DNA of 63,403 nt, counting the filler, from Conidiobolus incongruus B7586 (Eukaryota): the NCBI GenBank assembly GCA_000697335.1. It is 8 parts of 8 records of this genome, joined end to end, with 100 filler letters (N's around TTAATTAATTAA, not from the genome) between each part and the next. Parts side by side here need not be neighbours in the genome. Positions count along the whole stretch, not along the records: positions 55,187 to 63,403 come from JNEM01006525.1; 7 more parts are not named here. One strand, written 5' to 3'. The notes under the pieces were generated by a model, which saw nothing but the letters and a program-made list of their open reading frames with translations, had not been told where the DNA came from and did not search any database. A program made the position numbers and the translations under genes. The first letter of the stretch is position 1, and every line of letters begins with the position of its first letter. Below, piece by piece: positions 55,087 to 63,403 of this stretch.

Positions 55087-56499
55087 NNNNNNNNNNNNNN
55101 NNNNNNNNNNNNNNNNNNNNNNNNNNNNNNTTAATTAATTAANNNNNNNNNNNNNNNNNNNNNNNNNNNNNNNNNNNNNNNNNNNNTTATTAGAAATATA
55201 TATTATTTTTTCAAGTTTATCTTTTTATATAAGCATTTATAAAAAAATAATATTTTTTATTAAATAAAATTATTTTATATTAATATTATATATATATAAT
55301 TTAAACATGTCAATTTCAATTTATTAAACTTATTCAAAAAATATATTTAAAAGCATAAATACTATTATATATAATAAATCCCAAAAAAGTATTATATACC
55401 ATTATTATTAATAAAAATTAAATATATATTTAATTAATATCAATTTCAGATAAAATAACATTTCTTCTTATTAATGAGCCTAATGAGATATTCAATTAAT
55501 CATTATTAATCTAATTCCATAGTATATAAAAAACATCTATTCTGATGAAAACTATATTTTTGATATATGATTCAGAATATGTCAAAATCTTTATAGTAAT
55601 AATAAAATCAAAAAAGATTTCTATATAATATATATAATATTTAATAAAATAATTTTTATAATGTATTAATTAATAACTTTAATATAACTTTTAAAATTAA
55701 TATAAACTTAATTTATTCATAAAAAAAGAGAAATTATTATTTTCAAAAAAAATTGTTTTGAAAAAATAATAGCTAAATTTATATAATTTATATTATTCAT
55801 TTCAATAATTTAAGTATAAGTGGTTAGGTTTTAAAATAAGTCATTTGTAAAAGTAATATGAAAACAATAACAGGAGGTCATAACTTAATTATAAGCAATT
55901 TAAGTTAATTATAGGATAAATAAAATGTTCATATTTGACTAAATAGATAATTGTATAATATATATTTCGCTAAATTTTAATATAATTATCAACCCTTGTG
56001 GAAAATTATTTTTGGTAAATTTAAATCATTTTCGCTATATCTTCTTATTAACTAATAAAAAAGGAGAGTATTATAATTATAATTTAGGTAAAAAAAATTA
56101 TAAATAATATGGATCAATTAAAGATCACATTATTTAAATTTTTAAAAATTAATATTTTATTAAATATATTAGAAAATATTATATGAAATGAATTTTGAAT
56201 TTATATTAGATTATTATTATTATTGTTATTATTATTTTATTATCAATCAGGTTTTTAATTCAATATTTCACCCAAATATACTCTATATTGATTATATCAT
56301 AATAATAATAATATCACAATATTTGAAGTAATTATTTTATTATTTTAATATATTAATTAATATTAATATCACAATTTTAATTTCTTTTTTTATTGTATTT
56401 TTGATTTATTTTTTTTATTGGAATGATAAATTATCAGAATTTAAATGTTAGCAAAAATTATAATAATCATTATTAGTAATAAAATAGAATATAATTAAA

Positions 56500-59000
56500 T
56501 TAATAAGCTGTATCCATCAACTTGCTAGATACGAAACTCAACCACTCACGATAATTTTTACCAGTATTGAACTGTAGGGCAAAGTATTGACATTCAGGAA
56601 TGTGATCAAAAGGGACGTTAGTTTCACTCGAAGATTGCGAACCCTTGTTAAGGGAATCCGTGTCACTGATCAAACTGGCAATGGAGGGGGATTTGGGCTG
56701 CGACATTATTAGAATGACTGGAGGATCCAAAAGTTTGCCGGTACTGTCCACAACTTTGACGAGATGAAGATGACTGATTTGGAGGGTTGCAATGTATTTC
56801 CAGCGATCACCAGTTTTCATAAGTTGCCACTTTTTGCGAGCTACCGCTACGATTAGAATATTATCGTAGATGTACATTTTCACGCGACGATCGGATATCA
56901 GATCGTGCGCTTCCATGGTCATGAGCTTGGAGTTGGATGGGACTATGAGATTGGCGGGACAGTTCTTCACACTGAGGTGGAGCTCTTGTGTGGCTTTGGA
57001 GTTGGCTGACACTGGATTCAAATTGTTGGCACGGTTCGCTTCCATACTAATACCGTCTAACATATGGAGAGCGTCTACAAGGTACATATAGTCTGGATGA
57101 GATGGATTCGTATGTTTTTTAATTGCATTCAACAATAGCGAGTATCTGGTTAATCTCTGAATTGGTAAAATCATCATTTCCAGAAAGCTTTGTTTGCTAG
57201 GGTTCTTTTTATTGCCTTCGTCCATGAGTTTCTTGAATTCTATATTATTGGATGATAATTGTTTCACAAGGTTGAGGGTGGAAGTGTAGTTTTTACAATA
57301 TTTAAGTAATACGTTCCAATCATCTTTTAAGTCAAGAAATATTGGACCAATGCAGGAAGTACGAGGGTTCCAAACAGTTTCATCGATTACTGTACCGAGT
57401 ATGAATTCGAGAGTTTGAGACAGTTTAACTAGTTGATTAAGAGTAAAAAATATCGTGTTCAAATCATCTGGTGAAATTGGTGAAGGTGAAGCATCAACAA
57501 TTGGTGTATGATAAGCCTATATAATAATTAAATAATAAGCATAAAAATATAGAAATTTCTAATGAAAAAAATCTTACAGATATCATATGTTGCAAAGATG
57601 CTAAATAACTAGATTCCGTAGTTAACAACTCTAAACTGACCAAATATCTCATATCCTAAATGAAAATAAAATCAATTAAATTAATTAATTAATTTTAATA
57701 ACAATCGACTTACAACATTCTTAGAAGAATTATTGGACAATTTGGAATCCGCAATAACTAATCCTTCATCCTCTTGATCGCTCGTCAACTTGCCACCGTC
57801 CAAATTAAACCATGGCAAATGCTCCAACTTACTCCATCTGACACTTCCGATCTGTTTGTCAAACTGAACATCCTCCCACAAGAACTCTAGCCCTGTAAAC
57901 TGACGCTCCTCCAGCGGCTGGAACACACTAGAGACGGACTTGTGACTCTTATTCCTAGTAAATAGAGAAGCAGCCCTAGAGCTTCCTCGCTTTTTGGCCA
58001 AACTCACGCTACGATGGTGATACTTTGGCGAACTTTGGGGTGATGCACCTGGTAATCGATCCAAGGGGTTTTCGCCCCAGTACATTGTCATGGGCCTTGC
58101 AGCATTGAGGGGCTGGTTGCGTGGTTGAATCATAGGCTGGTGGATTTTACTCGACTCCCCTATGTCAATAGACTTTCGACGCGGGATTTTGTTGACGATG
58201 TTCAAGTCTTCAGTACTTCCGGCTACGCTTGGACATTCGGATTTGGATTGGAGACGTGATAAATCGCCAACCGTCACGGAATTCAGTTGGGTGGAGGAAG
58301 AGGATTGGTCAAAGGGAAGCGTTCCAAATGATGATTTTTTGATTAAGTTGTGACATGTAGAAATAAATCCCTTCTTGCCTTCTCCTCCTTCTCCTCCTCC
58401 TGAGTTCTTGGGGAACGAAGCTGCCAAGGAGCTGGATCTTCTGTGGGTAGTAATGCTGGAGGGCGCGGATTGATGCATTTCTAAGGGATATGTGAGAGGT
58501 GGCGACTTGTCCAATAGAGGTCGAGGTCCTTGGGGTGTGGGTCTTGGTAGTGACGAAGTCGATGAGGAAGTTGTAGCTCTTGACATTGAAATACTATTGG
58601 AGTCAATATTATCCAACATTTCTGCTAACGACACTTTAGTTGTTTTTGAGTCTCTATTCCTCGGAGGAAGTGAGGTCCTCCCTATTGAGTGCCTACTACT
58701 CAAATTATTATGTTTTGTACTTGGTGAGCTGGCACTCTGTATGAGTTGAAGACCGTTTGTAGGCACTTCTTTAGGGATCATGGGGAGAGGTTTTGAAGCA
58801 GGTTTAGGAGTATTTTCAAAATTGTGTAAATTGAGCTGGAGTTGGCAGTTGCTTAAGTTAGGAGCGATAGGCTGATCCCAAAGGAATTCGATTATTTTAG
58901 CGTTGGTATTAATAGGTAAAGAATTCATATTTGAGCCATTCTGAGCTTGAAATAAGTTAGAAGGTAAATCAACTGATAGTGTCAAAGTTAAAGTAGGCAT
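56500..59000 (-). CDS. Dbl-homology RhoGEF (long S/P-rich N-terminus, DH, PH-like), ~793 aa; exons 57714-59000, 57578-57655, 56500-57516
   Basis: DH CR1 ELLTTESSYLASL, CR3 MMILPIQRLTRYSLLLNAIKKHT..HPDY; PH-like VKMYIYDNILIVA and YREWLSFV. Confidence 0.9.
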
Positions 59001-62000
59001 ATTTATATATGATTGCTATGTAAAATTTTTCTCAAATATCTAATTATAATATCTTTAATATAACCATAAAATTGGAATAAAAACTATTTTATCTATTTAA
59101 CAAGTTAAAACAAATTTTACAATTGACTGAAATCACTAATTCCTTAGAGAAAGAAGTATCAAGCTGTGCAATCAAAGCAAACCAGAAATAGAAGTGAAAA
59201 ATTATTTACAAAAGATTTTAAGCTTTAACTTAAAAATGTATTAAACTAAGTAATAAAGAGTTATTTATAATTATATAACTACTGTAATAATTAATATATA
59301 TTAAATAAAGGAGTCAAGCTGATAACAAGTAAATCCCGATACAATTGTATTTTAAAAGATCTGAGCGCTGTTGTTATGGGATATCTGAGTTTAAATAAAT
59401 TTATGCAATTTTAATCCTAATACATTTATTCAATTATTTAACTTGATAATGAAATGAGAAAATGGATTAAATTACCTCGAGAAATTTTGTAATTTGTTGT
59501 TTGTAAAACTTGAAAATTCATCTTGTAGGGAAAAAATTACTTGATTATTTACTCTAATCAAATTAATTTTTTTGATAATAATAAAATCTTATTGAATTTA
59601 TCGTATCAAAGTAGATTTTGATCAATTTATATGAATCAAGCCAGTTAGGTATCCATAACCAATATAATAAACCATTAAGAACAAATCATTTATCACTAGC
59701 ATTCATGAATGATGAATGATTTAATTTGCGCAACTTCATAACATCAGTTTTACTTACCTCAATTATGATTACAACAATGCCTTTATTCATTTATCAAATT
59801 GATTTACTCTAAGGATTGGGATACATAAAATTCATTAACATTTTGATTATTTATCCCAAACCATGCAATATGGCCAAATTTACAACCAACATTTATTACC
59901 TTGGATTTTACTATTATTATAAAAAATTAGAAAATATGCACGTTTATTGAGCATATAATTGAAATTAATTTTGTAAATTAATCACCCAATAGAACCCCAA
60001 GTTTATAATAATTTTAACCAATATTAAAAAATTAAAACGTTTTCAATTCAAGATCATCCCCAATGAAATTCCAAAGTGTGATGGTATTATGAAATCATCC
60101 CAATTTATAGCTTATTTGGATTTGAGAAAAATCAAATAAATATATTTAATAGTTAGTTATTTATTACTTAGTATTTATTTTGATTTCCCAAATTGTTTCA
60201 AATAATAGTATTTTCCAGACTAATTAAGTTGTTATATATATATTAACAATTCACGAAGTATTTCTTAAAACCAGAAAATAAAACTATACCAACACTTTAT
60301 CTATCAATTTTAAAATTAAATTTAAAATTTGATTAATTATATCATCTAATTTCTAAATTTAGATTTTATCAAATATTTAGGTTTAAAATTTTAGTTTACT
60401 TATAAATTGATGTTATTAAATTTATTTCATTATTAAATCACTCTTTGATAATATATTTATTAGCATGACAATGCTGAATTAAAATTTGACTGCTCTTTGA
60501 ATTGTTATTAGTTTTAAATTTAATAAAAAAACATTTTAAAAATTATTAAGGTATTTATTTTGATAAATCCAATATCTTCTAGTATTATAAAATCATCTCA
60601 AATCAACCAGATTAAACTATTTTTACTTCATCCTTCTCAAAAAACCTGAATTCGTTAGTTCAAATTTAGTTTTTTAATCAGGATTTTAGTGATTAATTTT
60701 AAATTTTATTTGATAAATTGATTACTTTGACTAAATTTAGAAAATTAGTTATTTTTAGATTTTTATAAAAATTTCTGGAATTTTCATGAAAAAATTAAAT
60801 TAAATTTAAATTAAATATAATTTTAATAAAGATTAAAATTAAAATATAAATTTGGTAAAATTTTTAGTTTTCATTGTTATTATTATCTTGAAGAATGATG
60901 TATTAGTGATATATTAAAAAGTTTCAAAGGTTTTAAAAGTCAATCTTTGTTGGAATACAAAATTTGAGGCTGAAAATTATGAGAAAATGATCAAATAATT
61001 CGTTTTTGATTGATTTAGCACCAGAATCAAAATTCAGGAAATATTCCAAATATTCTGCATATCTCTGAGTATTAACGATTTTATATTTAATTTGCTTTTC
61101 TTTTTGAATGGGCACTGAAAATTTAAACTATGTACTTGAATACTGAAAAAACAGTACTTCTTTTCTCATAAATATTTGATAGATATTCGAATATCACTAA
61201 AATCTGATGCGAAATTATATTTGTATTTGGATAGTATAAAACTCAGAGAATAACCGTTTTAGAACTTATTACAATTATAAATTGAGATTTGTCTACTATT
61301 TAGTGAGATTTTATTGTAATATGAATTTCAAGTTATTCTAAATTTATTTTTGAGAGTATTAAATAAATATTAGATATGCTCAAATTAGAAAAAATTATTA
61401 GTTAATTTTTAAAATTTGCTATTCTCTCATTTTTGCACTCAAAAACTGATTTAAATTTGTCCATAACTAGTTTAATTTAATTGATTAATTATAGTTTACA
61501 TAGTAAATATTTAATTACTATAAAAAATGTAATCTATCTTGGCAATATTTACATTGAAGATCTTCTTAATATTTAAACTTGATTATTTTCGATTAAAATA
61601 TATTGTATTTAGCTAGATACCAACTCTCCTGACCAACTTCGCCTCCCAACCTATTACCTTATAGCGATACGAATTTGGAACACCCGTTGCGCTACTCAAA
61701 CTCTCATGCTTCTGATTACTCAGTACTCTTCTTTACATCGCTTATGAGTGACGAATGGTTTATAAATGAACCATCGTCGGGATATATTTTCATCATCACC
61801 TCCACTCTTCTGTAAAGCCCATTAAACAATTGTCAAACACTGATAAAAGCATTTTAACCCAAACTACCAAATAAGCCAAAATTAAGTCACTTCCCTTCCT
61901 ATAATTTAAGTACTTCTAGCAATTGATAGAACCATAATATTAAAGTAGAACAATGATTATTAAATTCAATTAAAATTTGAATAATTAATTTTTTACAAAT

Positions 62001-63403
62001 CTCATAGCAAAGGTTACAAAATAAAATATTTTAATTGAAATTTTGATCAGTAATCTAATAAATAAATGATATTGAAAGATATTATCAAAACTACATAATA
62101 TTAAATTAAATAGTAATTCCAATTTTCTCTTTGATATATAGTTAAGAGTCAACCATTGAAATTAAGGTCATTATAGTGTTATTTATTTTACTATTATATA
62201 TAATATTCTAATAAAGATAATCCTTAATTGACAAATATATTTTGATAATATATTAATAATGCAATAATATATTATATGATTACATTCAATGCTTTCAACT
62301 TTATTTCTAGCAAATTATAAGATAAATTAAGTTAAAAATTCATTCAATAAGGCTTATAAATAAATTGATTCATAAATATTACTAGTGAATAAATATTAAT
62401 ATATTATATATTCTTGATAAATTTTAATTATTTGATTATTATAAATATAGATATTATTTTAGAAAAATATATAGTTATACCACCTATATATTTATTTATT
62501 AATAATACTCTACTAAATAATATTTAATCAATAGTATTTTATAATACTTCCTTATGAAACTTTGAAATTTTAATTTTAAGTCACTTATTTATTTGAATTA
62601 TTATAGATTAGATTTTAAAATCTTTAAAATTATATTTATTAATTTGAAATATAATAGTTTCTAAATTCTGACAAATAATTTATAAATCAATATTAATTTT
62701 TTCTCAGATATATAGTATTGATGATTATTATATATAGATTATAATATAATATATTTTTGTTTATAAAAATATTTTTATATTGGTTATATTAAGGTCAAAT
62801 ATTTTATCAATTAAAAACTTCAAATTAAATAAAAAATCAAAATATTATTAAATTTTAAATACTTAATTATTATAATGACAATCTTATTATAATTATATTA
62901 AATCATATTATTTATTCAAATTTACTTAAAATGTAATTTAATTTAAAATAATATAATATAAAAATATCTTATAATATATTGTTTGAAAAATTAAAATTAT
63001 ATTTAATACATATTAAAATATTATTGGCATTTATTAATTAAGTCAAAAATTAAACAAAATCAAATCAACTATATTTCTAATATTATAATAAAAAGTTTAT
63101 TTTAATAATATGATTTAAAAAATCAATATTAATATTAAATTTATAATACATATAGTATATATTTAATAAATTAGTTAAAATAGCCAATTATCTCCAATTA
63201 TCAGGATAATTTGAATTATAATATTTATTCTATATATTTTATTATAAAATAAAAATTATTTAATTAAATTTTTATATTGCAAAATAATTCTGATCAATAT
63301 TTTTTTTATTTAATATTTGGTAATTATATCATTTTTTTTATTAATTGGATTTAGATTATTAAAACTAAGTTTTAATTTTTATATTATATAAGAATATTAT
63401 TTT

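Noticed and set aside
7730..55186. Seven identical TTAATTAATTAA palindromes as a biological repeat or CRISPR-like array
   Set aside because: Each is embedded in exactly 44+44 Ns; this is an assembly spacer
60933..61260. 60-aa ORF and adjacent coding-like text; also ORFs at 27651, 35751, 41718, 46143
   Set aside because: Short, compositionally biased, no recognisable family; 41718 is LTR sequence

Overview
Very AT-rich eukaryotic DNA with short (~50 nt) GT-AG introns and fungal-type genes. Gene content (INTS6, DAP, roadblock) suggests an early-diverging, non-Dikarya fungus; this is inference. The window is 8 contigs joined by artificial 100-nt N44-TTAATTAATTAA-N44 spacers, so linkage across spacers is unproven. 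Genes rebuilt by manual splicing: mitoribosomal uL15m and uL14m, an Integrator subunit 6 homolog, a 112-aa DAP1-like protein, dynein light chain roadblock, an Osh6/7-type OSBP, a Baeyer-Villiger monooxygenase with a tandem pseudogene, two I78 protease inhibitors (one secreted), ERG3, a TM-less SREBP-type bHLH factor and a RhoGEF. There is also a degenerate tRNA-Thr. The ORF track misses or only partly captures several of these small spliced genes. The strongest signal is in the repeats. A full-length Ty3/Gypsy chromovirus, two Tc1/mariner relics and an inverted-repeat family are all destroyed almost only by C>T/G>A transitions, while neighbouring genes are intact. The two LTRs differ at about 35 sites, 34 of them transitions in CpA/CpT-dominated contexts, with no indels. 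This looks like a RIP-like genome defence in a lineage where RIP is not, to my knowledge, established.
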